From a virus, in IMG/VR virus record IMGVR_UViG_3300006864_000001, positions 1 to 58,659 of that record: 58,659 nucleotides of DNA. One strand, written 5' to 3'. The translations under genes and the position numbers were made by a program. Below the pieces are notes generated by a model. That model was given only the letters and a program-made list of their open reading frames with translations, ran no database searches and was not told the DNA's origin. Positions 6,830 to 15,684 of the stretch are shown piece by piece; position 1 is the stretch's first letter; each line of letters opens with the position of its first letter.

Positions 6830-7633
6830 TTAGAACGGAGTATCGCCGCGAGTGATCGCCATCTGCTCGGACGCCTGATGAATCATGACTGGCTCAGGTT
6901 CTGTGAACATGGCGGATATCGCGCTGTCCGGCACGTCCATGTACTTCCTCTCGAGCTCGTCTTCGCGAATGGTTACGTAGATCGATTTGAGGTAGGCCTT
7001 CACGCCTGTCTTGCCACTGACCTCCCACTGGTGCGGTCGTATGATCATGTCGACGTTTTCGATCTCGGCCCAGTCGAGAATTGGTAGCATGCTCTCGTCA
7101 AGGGACGTCTTGCCCTTGGTGGTGATCATCACAACCCGTGGCGGCTGGCCGGCCCCGTAATGCACAGCCACTTCGAGTCGGGGCTGAGGCTTCGCGTCCT
7201 CTTCCTCAAGCCGTGGCTGAAGGTACTTAACGTTCCAGCCATCTTTGAGCATGGCGTCGGCGGTATCGTCGTCAAGGAGAACGTTGAAGTTGCGCTTGCC
7301 TTTGGCGTTGAATCGTCCTTCGGCGCCGGCGAAGTTGCGGAATATGATCCGAGCATCTTCGATGACTACTGGCTGCAGTCTGCTAACCATATTATTTCCT
7401 CTCAGCAAAGCGCGTAAACGCCAGCGTCCTTTTCCGGTCCCGCGACCGCATGATACGCAAGCATCGCCCACGATTTGATGTGCGTGCTTGCGTATTTCAA
7501 CCTGTGATTCTTGACATTTCGAGCAGGTCTGACCTTTGTGATCTTCTTCGTCAAACTTTCGTCCTTTGCCGAAGTATGACCAAGAGTCTTCGTCATCTAC
7601 CCAGTTATGACCGGTCAAACCGCAAGCCATCAT
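6830..7633 (-). CDS. ssDNA-binding protein candidate (T7 gp2.5 / DUF2815-like) with an N-terminal zinc ribbon
   Basis: CSKCQ..CVSCG at the N-terminus. ARIIFRNFAG...GKTGVKAYLKSIYV resembles the gp2.5-like OB fold, and the protein ends ...GDTPF (terminal aromatic residue as in gp2.5). ATGA coupling at 7633. An internal start at 7390 with GAGAGGAAA is also possible. Confidence 0.55.
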   Translation of the reverse strand: MMACGLTGHNWVDDEDSWSYFGKGRKFDEEDHKGQTCSKCQESQVEIRKHAHQIVGDACVSCGRGTGKGRWRLRALLRGNNMVSRLQPVVIEDARIIFRNFAGAEGRFNAKGKRNFNVLLDDDTADAMLKDGWNVKYLQPRLEEEDAKPQPRLEVAVHYGAGQPPRVVMITTKGKTSLDESMLPILDWAEIENVDMIIRPHQWEVSGKTGVKAYLKSIYVTIREDELERKYMDVPDSAISAMFTEPEPVMIHQASEQMAITRGDTPF

Positions 7634-7857
7634 CGCTCCTTAAGTCGGAAGGAGACACCGTCTTCCTGAATTCGTCTGATGATTAGCAGAGAGGTGCTGT
7701 GCATAAAACCGAGCCGACACAAACTGCCGTGCACCGAGTTATCAGCCAGCGCATTTTGATGCTCATCTTCTGCAGCCACTTCCGCATTTCGGGCCTTATA
7801 TTGCGCAAGGCCTTTTTCATTCCGCCGCTGGAGCTCTTGTGTCAGCCTCAGCGGCAT
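7630..7857 (-). CDS. Hypothetical protein
   Basis: 75-aa ORF; its stop overlaps the next ATG. Confidence 0.4.
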   Translation of the reverse strand: MPLRLTQELQRRNEKGLAQYKARNAEVAAEDEHQNALADNSVHGSLCRLGFMHSTSLLIIRRIQEDGVSFRLKER

Positions 7858-7875
7858 CGACCTATCACCATCTAG

Positions 7876-8034
7876 CTAAGGCCTTTCCCGAAATTCTATT
7901 CCGTCGTGTAGCATCTGATTAATCGCGGATCGGCAAGCGCTGTCGCTCAAGCCAGAACGCTTCAGGGATTCATACACCATGATGAGCGCGTTCTTGTCTT
8001 GGTCGACAGCGCTTGCCGACAGTTCCACTTTCAT
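7876..8034 (-). CDS. Small hypothetical protein (52 aa)
   Basis: Read by eye: MKVELSASAVDQDKNALIMVYESLKRSGLSD...; starts 2 nt after the upstream stop. Confidence 0.35.
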   Translation of the reverse strand: MKVELSASAVDQDKNALIMVYESLKRSGLSDSACRSAINQMLHDGIEFRERP

Positions 8035-8036
8035 CG

Positions 8037-8501
8037 TCAGACGAGCCCGAGCTCCGTCTTCATCTCAGCCTGCAGGGCAACGAACTTGCCCAGGAGCTGG
8101 CTGTACGAGATCGGGTTCACGTCCCGGATGATCCCGCTCTGCACCGACAGGAACGTCTCCTGCGCACGCGTGTAGGCCGGCACGTTGCCCGAAGACATGA
8201 AGGCCTGCTGCTCGGCGATGAATGCCCCCTGTGCACGTGCGTAAGCCGCGAGACTCACATCGACCTTGGTGTCTTCCGGCAGAACGTCGAAGCCACCGGC
8301 CGTCAGTCCGCGGTTAACGGCTTCCTTGAGGTGCTCCAGGTCATCGGCACCGTGGCGACGCGGCTTCGACAATGCCAAGCCGCTCAGACGAACACTGGGG
8401 TCATCGACGATTCGATCCCTGAGTCCTTCCTGTGCCGCAGGGTACGGGCCGCTGCCGTTGGTTGCGGCATGACGTGCAGCTTCTTCGATGGGCTGACCCA
8501 T
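8037..8501 (-). CDS. Hypothetical protein downstream of the receptor-binding protein genes
   Basis: 154-aa ORF with the same GC-rich composition as the fibre genes. Confidence 0.6.
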   Translation of the reverse strand: MGQPIEEAARHAATNGSGPYPAAQEGLRDRIVDDPSVRLSGLALSKPRRHGADDLEHLKEAVNRGLTAGGFDVLPEDTKVDVSLAAYARAQGAFIAEQQAFMSSGNVPAYTRAQETFLSVQSGIIRDVNPISYSQLLGKFVALQAEMKTELGLV

Positions 8502-8545
8502 GATCTTTCTCCCTCTAATTGTTCTTGGATTGGTAAGACTGTTGG

Positions 8546-10498
8546 TTAGCTGACGGTGACGGACATCCCGGCAAGAGAACCGGAGAAAGTGGGAACGAAC
8601 ACGTCACCCGGAACAAGCTTGAACCGGTAAAACACGCAACTTGCCGGGATCAACTGCGTGACACCATTGATCGTGAGCGCCGACAGCGTTCCGCCAGATA
8701 TCGCGAGTGTGACCTCGGCCTCACCGCCGTAAAGGTTGGTCCAGGTACCACCGGAAGCCGGCGGAGTGTGAACAGAAGACACCGGACCGCGGATACGCAG
8801 ACGGTCGTAGACTCGAACACCAGCGCCACCTGTGACCGGAACATTTCCGTAACCGTTGTTGGTGGTGCTGTCGTAGTTTCCGCCAGCGGTGATCGACCCT
8901 TCCATCAAGTTTCCAGGATCGTGAAGAACATCGGTGACACTCTCGTAGTCGATGCCAGAAATATCGCCCTTCACGACATTACCGCCAACGAATCCGGTGA
9001 CGCCAGACGGCATTGGCGAAACCGAGTAGCTGCAGTTCTCGGTCTTGATCTTGCTAAGGTCGAAGGAGTGCGCCATCGCCGTTCCGGAATATGGCCGAAT
9101 GGCGACGAAACAGTTGACCGCCGTTCCTTCAACACATGTCGCGTGCTCAGAAGGCATTGTTGCGTAAGGCAAGCCTTCTACAGACCATCGACCCATCTCT
9201 GCGATGGCGTTGTTGTTCGTATCCGGCATGCGACAACCACAAGCGGTCCTTGTGAGACTGCCGTAGTTCCCGAGCACCGGCCAAGCCGTTCCCGCAGGCA
9301 CCGTCGCCGCAGCCAGGTAACCCCAGTTCAGCATGGAGATCTCAGCCATGCCGAGCCAGTCGAAGCCCGTGAAACCGCAGTCCCTAGGCGCCATGATACC
9401 CACACCGTCAACACGAGTGTGCATGTTGCTGAACAGCGATGTGCCGCCACCGTATCCTGCGTAAGGACCACCGAAGACGCTGGGAGGACCGTAGGTGGAA
9501 TCGATGGTGCCGCCGCCAATTAGCACGACGATACCGCTACCATCCTCCTGCGGGTCTGTCTGCAGCCAGTGCGGAAGACTCGAAGCGTCGGAGTTCGTGA
9601 CGATAACGTTACGCCACTTGCGACTTGTCACCCCACGAGGAGCCATCGGGAACATCGCGTTGCCGGCAGTGCTTCCCCCAAGGACCGGAACGTCCGCAGC
9701 ACCGTAACCGTTCCCAAACAGGCAAAGCGCAGCTTCACGCCTTGAACCCGCCATGAATGTCCAGCTATCAGCTATCGCCGCTTTGATTGCCGGACTGGTG
9801 TTGGTACCGAACATGCAGCCGTGATTAGAGACGGTCGTACTGGCGTTGGCTGAGAGCACTGCTGTTGAATGGTCGGTTACGGAGACAATTGTGTGACCGT
9901 AGTAGTCACCGCCGCTTGGGCCGGCGCCGAAGATATAGACGAACTTGCCTCCCTCAATCGCTGTTGTGGTCAGTGGCTGAGTGGACGCGAATGACAAGAT
10001 GTTGCTACCAGCCGTGATCGACGCGTCACTGACGATAATCACATCGCCTTCGCCGTTGGGGTAATCCTCAGGCGCGAACTTGAAGTCCGATCGAAGAACG
10101 GCCGGCATGTTGAACTTCGTGACCGCACCACCTCCGCCACCAACACCGGCTTGCGGGGATGCCACAGCAAGATCCGACAGATTCTGATCGGGGCCATCCG
10201 TCGAAAGCAAGTTGAACGACCACGGCTGCGGGTTGCCGGGGCAATCATCGTAGTAGACGCGGTAGGACCAGCCCGGAGTCGCGTCATCGTTTTGTGGTCC
10301 GAGCAGGTCGTTCGGATATAGATTGACCACCGGCTTGCTGGTGCGATCGAACCAGACTGTCGCTTCAGTCATTTCGAGCAGCATGTGATTGACGGTATCA
10401 CTGACACGTTGCGATGGCACAAGCCGAATTCGGCCGGTCTTGAACTGGTTGCCGAATATATCGGCACTGTCAATTGTGACGGCGACCCTGTTTACCAT
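8546..10498 (-). CDS. Receptor-binding protein 1 (tailspike-like, Gly/Ser/Thr-rich C-terminal body; possible depolymerase)
   Basis: 650 aa. The N-terminal ~115 aa are paralogous to 11097..12278 (IDSADI..GR[IV]R[LI]VPS..LLEM..PNDL[LI]GPQ..PGW.Y..YYD[DE]CPG.P.PWSF). Confidence 0.7.
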   Translation of the reverse strand: MVNRVAVTIDSADIFGNQFKTGRIRLVPSQRVSDTVNHMLLEMTEATVWFDRTSKPVVNLYPNDLLGPQNDDATPGWSYRVYYDDCPGNPQPWSFNLLSTDGPDQNLSDLAVASPQAGVGGGGGAVTKFNMPAVLRSDFKFAPEDYPNGEGDVIIVSDASITAGSNILSFASTQPLTTTAIEGGKFVYIFGAGPSGGDYYGHTIVSVTDHSTAVLSANASTTVSNHGCMFGTNTSPAIKAAIADSWTFMAGSRREAALCLFGNGYGAADVPVLGGSTAGNAMFPMAPRGVTSRKWRNVIVTNSDASSLPHWLQTDPQEDGSGIVVLIGGGTIDSTYGPPSVFGGPYAGYGGGTSLFSNMHTRVDGVGIMAPRDCGFTGFDWLGMAEISMLNWGYLAAATVPAGTAWPVLGNYGSLTRTACGCRMPDTNNNAIAEMGRWSVEGLPYATMPSEHATCVEGTAVNCFVAIRPYSGTAMAHSFDLSKIKTENCSYSVSPMPSGVTGFVGGNVVKGDISGIDYESVTDVLHDPGNLMEGSITAGGNYDSTTNNGYGNVPVTGGAGVRVYDRLRIRGPVSSVHTPPASGGTWTNLYGGEAEVTLAISGGTLSALTINGVTQLIPASCVFYRFKLVPGDVFVPTFSGSLAGMSVTVS

Positions 10499-10514
10499 GT
10501 GTTCGTACCCTTCG

Positions 10515-11096
10515 TCAGACGATTGATGACATTAGCAGACCGGAGCTTATCGGAGTCGCGATAAGCTGTACTTCCGGGTCAAGCCAGTAGTTGCCGGCAT
10601 TGAATGAATCGACCGGACATCCTGGACTCGTACTGGGCAAGAAAGTGCATTGACCACCGTCTCCTGTGACACTAGCGTTGTTCGGTGCCGTAATCGGGCC
10701 ATTTGTGATGCCCGCAGAACCGTCGCCTGTGTCCCAGTAATGAGACGTTGCTGAATACCAAACCGTCGAAACGGGCTGATGAATCACAGCTTTGTAGTTG
10801 GTAGCTGCTGACAGAGTCGGCTTTGACGCAAACTCTGCACGAACTGAACCTGATCCTGCGGCTCCAGACCAAGTTGCTGTTTCGGTATGAACGAGCGTTG
10901 AATCTGAAGCCGTATAGAGGGCTATGTCTGAGGGAAGATCCGTTGCGCCAGATCCAGAATAGAACCAGATCGCATTCAGCTGACACGGATTGCTGACGCT
11001 GAATTCCACCGCAAAACTGTACGGTGAAGTGTCGCTGTTCTGAAGAGTTGGCAGCGCGACGAGCGGTTCGGGGAATAGAGTGTAGACGGTGGTCAT
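10515..11096 (-). CDS. DUF4082-like domain protein
   Basis: 193 aa. YSFAVEFSV..LNAIWFYSG..TATWSGAAGSG..ATNYKAVIH..GNYWLDPEV resembles the DUF4082 pattern. Confidence 0.6.
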   Translation of the reverse strand: MTTVYTLFPEPLVALPTLQNSDTSPYSFAVEFSVSNPCQLNAIWFYSGSGATDLPSDIALYTASDSTLVHTETATWSGAAGSGSVRAEFASKPTLSAATNYKAVIHQPVSTVWYSATSHYWDTGDGSAGITNGPITAPNNASVTGDGGQCTFLPSTSPGCPVDSFNAGNYWLDPEVQLIATPISSGLLMSSIV

Positions 11097-12278
11097 CTAG
11101 AAGCCCAGCGCAGGGCCGCGGTAAATCCATCCGCCAGCGCCACCATTTGCGTCGGCGTTATAGGCGAAGCCGACTTCGTCCACCTTGCCCGTTATAGATG
11201 TCCAGGCAGGCGGACCGGCCGTACCGAACTTGAATATAGCATTGAACAGCGGTGTGTATGCTCCGCCGTAAATGATCCTGAGAACGAAAACGTCGCCATC
11301 GACCGGATTTGACGGGGCGGCTAGCGTATGTGATGCGCCGCCGAGTGGCCAACGGTAAACGTTGCCCAAAGACGCGTCAAGCGCTACCGATGATCCGTCG
11401 GTGAGTGTCCGAACCTTTGGCGAGACACGATCGGGAAATGCGGTGTCGCCAGCCAAATTTGACGCAGTTGCTGCGTTTCCTGTGCCGACTGCATTCGTGG
11501 CGAATATCTCCGCGGTTGTCAGTGCGGTGGCTATCGCCGAAGCAGCGGCACTTGCCGCAGCAGTGGTAGCCGTAGTAACTGCGGCGCTAGCTGCATTAGC
11601 TGCGTATGTTTCCGCCGTAGTAATGGCGTTAGTCACCTGTGTTGGCGTTGCATAGTCAGTCCCGGCGGTTGCCGCTGAGACTGCCGTACCGTCACTCTTC
11701 AGGATTCCTGCGGCCGTCACTTCGAGTGTCACTGTCGGTGTCGTACTCGCACTAGCTACAGTTCCGGCAAAGCCGTTCGCACTGGCAATCGACATTCCGG
11801 TAACAGTGCCTGATCCACTGCCGGATTCATTACCCCAAACGGAGTTCTGAGATCCGTCGCCAATCGCCTTGGGGACCTGGTTAGCTGTCGGAATCCCTGC
11901 CGGCCGCGGCATAACCATCGTTCCCGGCTGAACCACCGGAGTCGCAGCGAGCGATCTCAATCGTTGTGGCGTGTTGTTCGTTGATAGCACATAGAACGAC
12001 CAAGGTCTGGGAGTACCTGGGCACTCATCGTAGTAGATGGTGTAGTACCATCCGGGAAGCGTGTCTCCCTGAGGCCCGATCAGGTCGTTTGGGAACAGAT
12101 CGACCTGCGGAGTTCCGATCTTGTCGAAACGCACTTCCGCGCCAGCCATTTCCAGCAACCCGCTATCTGCCGGATCCGGGATTCGCGTCGAGGGGACAAT
12201 GCGGACACGGCCGTAACGAAACGGCTTGTTCGTGATATCCGCACTGTCGAGGATCAGCGTTACCTTGGGTGTGGTCAC
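11097..12278 (-). CDS. Receptor-binding protein 2 (tail fibre)
   Basis: 393 aa. Shares the N-terminal anchor with 8546..10498 and has an Ala/Thr-rich fibrous segment (TAETYAANAASAAVTTATTAAASAAASA). Confidence 0.7.
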   Translation of the reverse strand: MTTPKVTLILDSADITNKPFRYGRVRIVPSTRIPDPADSGLLEMAGAEVRFDKIGTPQVDLFPNDLIGPQGDTLPGWYYTIYYDECPGTPRPWSFYVLSTNNTPQRLRSLAATPVVQPGTMVMPRPAGIPTANQVPKAIGDGSQNSVWGNESGSGSGTVTGMSIASANGFAGTVASASTTPTVTLEVTAAGILKSDGTAVSAATAGTDYATPTQVTNAITTAETYAANAASAAVTTATTAAASAAASAIATALTTAEIFATNAVGTGNAATASNLAGDTAFPDRVSPKVRTLTDGSSVALDASLGNVYRWPLGGASHTLAAPSNPVDGDVFVLRIIYGGAYTPLFNAIFKFGTAGPPAWTSITGKVDEVGFAYNADANGGAGGWIYRGPALGF

Positions 12279-12410
12279 GTGTTAACGTGCCTTTCTTAGT
12301 AATTCTTGTGGAACCGGATCTTCCCCTCAGAATCTACCGGTATTTCTGGCCTTACGGCGAGACTGTATGCGCCGTGATAACTTGTTCCACGCATAAGCGC
12401 TACTGCTTCT

Positions 12411-12632
12411 TCATTCGATGGATCGGAACGTCGATTCGATTTTCTGTTTGAAAATCTTCGCCGTTCCGATTACTTTGCGCGATCCACTAATATAAGTCGT
12501 TAGTGGAACTTCTATCGGCTCGTCGGACTCGCCAGCAACGGAATGCCAGAAATTGTTGCCTTCTGCAATTTCCTCACGAAGAACATCGAGACTAACTTCT
12601 TCTGGTGTAGGTAGTGGAACCTCGTTAGTCAT
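12411..12632 (-). CDS. Hypothetical protein
   Basis: 73-aa acidic ORF. Confidence 0.5.
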   Translation of the reverse strand: MTNEVPLPTPEEVSLDVLREEIAEGNNFWHSVAGESDEPIEVPLTTYISGSRKVIGTAKIFKQKIESTFRSIE

Positions 12633-12647
12633 TTCACTCCTTAACTA

Positions 12648-12688
12648 GAGCTCGGGGACATGACTCAAGCGGCCATGTCCCCGAGCTC
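12648..12688 (-). terminator. Strong stem-loop closing the GT2 module
   Basis: 15-bp perfect stem gagctcggggacatg / catgtccccgagctc with an 11-nt loop, about 30 nt after the stop at 12720; no U-tract. Confidence 0.45.
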
Positions 12689-12719
12689 AAAACCGACAGC
12701 GTGTTATTCCCGCGGGCTT

Positions 12720-13229
12720 CTAGTACTGAGAAGGCGTCTTCCCGTCAAGACCGGTTGGCTGCCCGTTCGGTCCGAGGAACCAAGACCAAGGGCGCGCATC
12801 CACCCGATAGGTCCACGCGTAGTCTGTGTTCGGCTTCGCTGCCGCCGGAACGATGATGTCCCAGCCGCTCCAGTCCACCGTGGCGAACCACTCAGGCGGC
12901 GGAGGCACGTCTTCCGGGGTGAGCTGTACGAACGGCTGCACCTTGTACGGCGTGGAGAACGTGACGTGGATGAGGCTGCCGGGCTCCGGATGCGAGCCAG
13001 TGTGGATGTGGATCTGGCCGATGGCGTCGTTGCCGTTGATCGAAGCCGTTCCGCCGCCGGTGCCGTTCATGGGCACGGCCTTGTCATTCAGCATCTGATA
13101 AACTCGTTGCTCGAAGGTGTCCTGAAAAGGTATCACAGACGTCCTGCTTTCGTGAATGTTGGTTCCGGGAAGAAACGCAACCGCGAGTGAGATAAGACAC
13201 AAGGTCGCGAGAATTACCAGCCTTCGCAC
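12720..13229 (-). CDS. Secreted protein of the GT2 module
   Basis: 169 aa, GTG start. Signal-peptide-like RRLVILATLCLISLAVAF. The start abuts the stop of the upstream mini-gene (TAAGTG). Confidence 0.65.
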   Translation of the reverse strand: MRRLVILATLCLISLAVAFLPGTNIHESRTSVIPFQDTFEQRVYQMLNDKAVPMNGTGGGTASINGNDAIGQIHIHTGSHPEPGSLIHVTFSTPYKVQPFVQLTPEDVPPPPEWFATVDWSGWDIIVPAAAKPNTDYAWTYRVDARPWSWFLGPNGQPTGLDGKTPSQY

Positions 13230-13385
13230 TTAGGACCGGCCGCGCCGCAACCTCTTTGCGGCCATGCCGGCAGCAGCGAGGGCAGCGAATCCCATGGCTA
13301 CCAAACCGGCCACCGTCCAATCTGAAAAAGTGGCTATGGTACCGAATGCTCCGAGTCCGCCGGCGATGTAATTGGGTGAGTACAC
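13230..13385 (-). CDS. Small membrane protein (51 aa) of the GT2 module
   Basis: Read by eye: (V)YSPNYIAGGLGAFGTIATFSDWTVAGLVAMGFAALAAAGMAAKRLRRGRS. GTG lies 3 nt after the GT2 stop. A hydrophobic helix is followed by a basic tail. Confidence 0.4.
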   Translation of the reverse strand: MYSPNYIAGGLGAFGTIATFSDWTVAGLVAMGFAALAAAGMAAKRLRRGRS

Positions 13386-13388
13386 GAG

Positions 13389-15059
13389 TTAATCCGTTTC
13401 TTGAAAGATATGGCCGCCGTCAGAATCATCCGATGGCTTGTCTCCAGCATTCATGACCGACAAATAGATGCCGAAGAATGCTGGAGTGATGATGAGAACC
13501 ACTGCGAAGACGCTCCCAGAAGCGGCGTCCACAAGTGCGGCCAGCACCACACTAGCTATGAGTTTGACTTTGTTCTGACGCAAAGCGCTTGCGAAGCTGA
13601 CCTTTCCCGCGGTCTTTGGCGTCACGTGGAACACACTTCCGCCAAATGTCGTCTTGAGCGACGCGAAGAGGCTGGCGAAATATACGGAACCGAACAGCGC
13701 CATCGAATGCAGAAGATAAGACACCAGCTTGCGTTTCGGCACGTGCCGCCACGTCAGGATGTCATTGAGCATTGGCGCAATCAGGAACGTCACTGTAGGA
13801 ATCAGCATCCACAACGGGAACTTGTTACTGAAATGCACCTCCGGGAATATGATGGCGTTGACGATAACGTACAAACTGAATACACCTGTCAACGGAAGGC
13901 TGAACGTGAAGAGGACGATGTCCAGCTTCTCGTACCATCTGAGTTGCTTGGAGAACAGAATCCGACCGGCATAAGTCCGGATGAATTCCATGTTGCCCTC
14001 GGTCCACTTCTTGTGGCGCTTCTCGAAGGCGAAGTAATCGACCGGGAATTCTTCACCGCAGAGAACGTCCTCCGCAAACTCCGTTCGGTAACCACCGCGC
14101 AGAGCATCGATGGCGAACCCGATGTCCTCGGCCACGATCTCTGGGAAACCACGAGCCGTCAGATATGCATCACGACTGACCATAGCACCGTGGCCTAGCA
14201 AAGACAGGAATCCGGCATGCGCCTTGACCTTCTGATATACAGGCCAGTGCGAATTCACTCCCGGAGCGAACATCTTCATGAATGATGTCCGATTACGTGT
14301 AGCAATGTGGTTTGCCTGGACGATACCGACACTTGGATCCTGGAAGTAGTCGAGGCAACGATCGATGAAGTTCGGCGGCAGCACCTCATCGGAGTCGACG
14401 ATGACGAAGTGATCCAGTCGTTGCCCAGCAGGGGACTGGAGGAAGTTATTCAAGTTTCCAGCCTTGAACCCCTTTGGCCGATTCGTTCGACGAATAACCG
14501 GGATTTTGTACATCCAAGCGAACCGATCAACACGTGCCTGGAACTCCGCCTTCGAGCTATCATCCAGGGCATAAACCTCGAAGTTTGGGTAGTTCTGCCT
14601 GATAGACAATCGAAGCGATTCTTCGCTAATGTCATTGCAGGTCACGTACAGCAGACCCACGAGCGGGCTACGACCTTGTGGACGTCGAGGAACCACTTGC
14701 TTCTTCCACGACGTGGCACGATAAGCGATTGGATATACTACGTCCTTCATACCATTGAGCCAGAAGTACATGATGAAGAGCGTCGTGGAAGAGACCGTAG
14801 CGCCGAGCAAGTCGCTTCGATTGAATGCTCCGCTGATGATTGGCGCCGCAGCCATCAGCATTGGGACGCATAGCAACGCCCACAAACCAACGATGCACCA
14901 GTACATGGTCGATGTTCGAGTTCGTACCCTAAACGCTTCCCGCGATATAGCGGGACGGGGCGTGAAGGTGGGACGCTGCAGTTCAGAAATGTTCCTGAGC
15001 TCTTTCAGCCCTTCGAATGGATCGTTTCTTACAGCCTCAAAAGGTCGGGTATTCGGCAC
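13389..15059 (-). CDS. Integral-membrane family-2 glycosyltransferase, processive synthase type (cellulose synthase / OpgH / PgaC-like)
   Basis: 556 aa. Motifs: YVTCNDI, LDDSS, RRTNRPKGFKAGNLNN, VDSDE, VAEDIGFA, RHKKWTEGN (plus QLRW downstream). TM helices flank the catalytic domain on both sides. Confidence 0.8.
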   Translation of the reverse strand: MPNTRPFEAVRNDPFEGLKELRNISELQRPTFTPRPAISREAFRVRTRTSTMYWCIVGLWALLCVPMLMAAAPIISGAFNRSDLLGATVSSTTLFIMYFWLNGMKDVVYPIAYRATSWKKQVVPRRPQGRSPLVGLLYVTCNDISEESLRLSIRQNYPNFEVYALDDSSKAEFQARVDRFAWMYKIPVIRRTNRPKGFKAGNLNNFLQSPAGQRLDHFVIVDSDEVLPPNFIDRCLDYFQDPSVGIVQANHIATRNRTSFMKMFAPGVNSHWPVYQKVKAHAGFLSLLGHGAMVSRDAYLTARGFPEIVAEDIGFAIDALRGGYRTEFAEDVLCGEEFPVDYFAFEKRHKKWTEGNMEFIRTYAGRILFSKQLRWYEKLDIVLFTFSLPLTGVFSLYVIVNAIIFPEVHFSNKFPLWMLIPTVTFLIAPMLNDILTWRHVPKRKLVSYLLHSMALFGSVYFASLFASLKTTFGGSVFHVTPKTAGKVSFASALRQNKVKLIASVVLAALVDAASGSVFAVVLIITPAFFGIYLSVMNAGDKPSDDSDGGHIFQETD

Positions 15060-15169
15060 TTCTATGATTCTCCGTTCTTATCGGATGATGAATGCCGAGA
15101 CTTAACGACATAGTCCGGAATATGATCTGGACAATATGACTGGATTATCGGAGGCGTAGCTCATGCGTG

Positions 15170-15442
15170 TTAAACCGGCGTGTGACAGTCTGTTTCTCCG
15201 CAGGCGATTGATGCGTTGGCCCACATAACAGTCTCACGAAGCTTAAGAATGGCCGTTGAACGATCACCGGTATCCGGACAGATTCGCAAGATCAGATCGG
15301 CGAAATGAGCTCCGACACTTCTGATAGCCTCATAACGCGCGGTCTGAGTTCCCTGAGGGGGATGATAAGAGAACTGATTTTTGATCATCGCTATATCGAA
15401 AGAATCAGGTTCAGATACTTGCAATTCTGGAATAATATTCAT
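15170..15442 (-). CDS. Small helical phage protein (Y.HPP...R...L.L.E..MWAN family)
   Basis: ORF 15170..15568. Start moved to MNIIPELQ (AGGGG RBS). Contains FSYHPPQGTQTARYEAIR...DRSTAILKLRETVMWANASIA. Confidence 0.55.
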   Translation of the reverse strand: MNIIPELQVSEPDSFDIAMIKNQFSYHPPQGTQTARYEAIRSVGAHFADLILRICPDTGDRSTAILKLRETVMWANASIACGETDCHTPV

Positions 15443-15453
15443 TTTGCCCCTAA

Positions 15454-15678
15454 CTATTTTCTTGATTTGACCCGGAATTTTTTCGGATTCAGTCCGGCCA
15501 TGATGATCTCGTCTAGTGTGGGCATTGCGCAGAACGCATCGCAATGATGATGAATTGTCCACGGACAATCACCACTTCCCAAACCGAGATGTTCACCGGC
15601 ATGCCCGAACTGTTGATTGCCAAACTCAAGCCGATCGATCCGGTATTTGCGGAAACCTCTTTCTAGTGGTTCGGTCAT
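15454..15678 (-). CDS. Hypothetical protein
   Basis: 74-aa ORF, His/Cys-containing (HHHCDAFC). Confidence 0.5.
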   Translation of the reverse strand: MTEPLERGFRKYRIDRLEFGNQQFGHAGEHLGLGSGDCPWTIHHHCDAFCAMPTLDEIIMAGLNPKKFRVKSRK

Positions 15679-15684
15679 GTTGCG

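Noticed and set aside
10672-11130. 152-aa alternative-frame ORF across the DUF4082-like gene and the end of fibre gene 2. Similar nested minus-strand ORFs include 4082..4282, 6147..6377, 7129..7356, 21514..22062, 22430..22732, 40906..41283 and 43280..43850.
   Set aside because: These are out-of-frame overlaps of stronger genes, with Arg/Ser/Pro-biased composition and no independent RBS.
14000-14080. The QLRW tetrapeptide in the GT2 taken as the canonical Q-x-x-R-W processivity motif
   Set aside because: By position relative to the TED-like AEDIGF motif, the equivalent site is more probably RHKKWTEGN. QLRW lies ~25 aa further downstream, near the first C-terminal TM helix, and may be coincidental. 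A proper profile alignment is needed.
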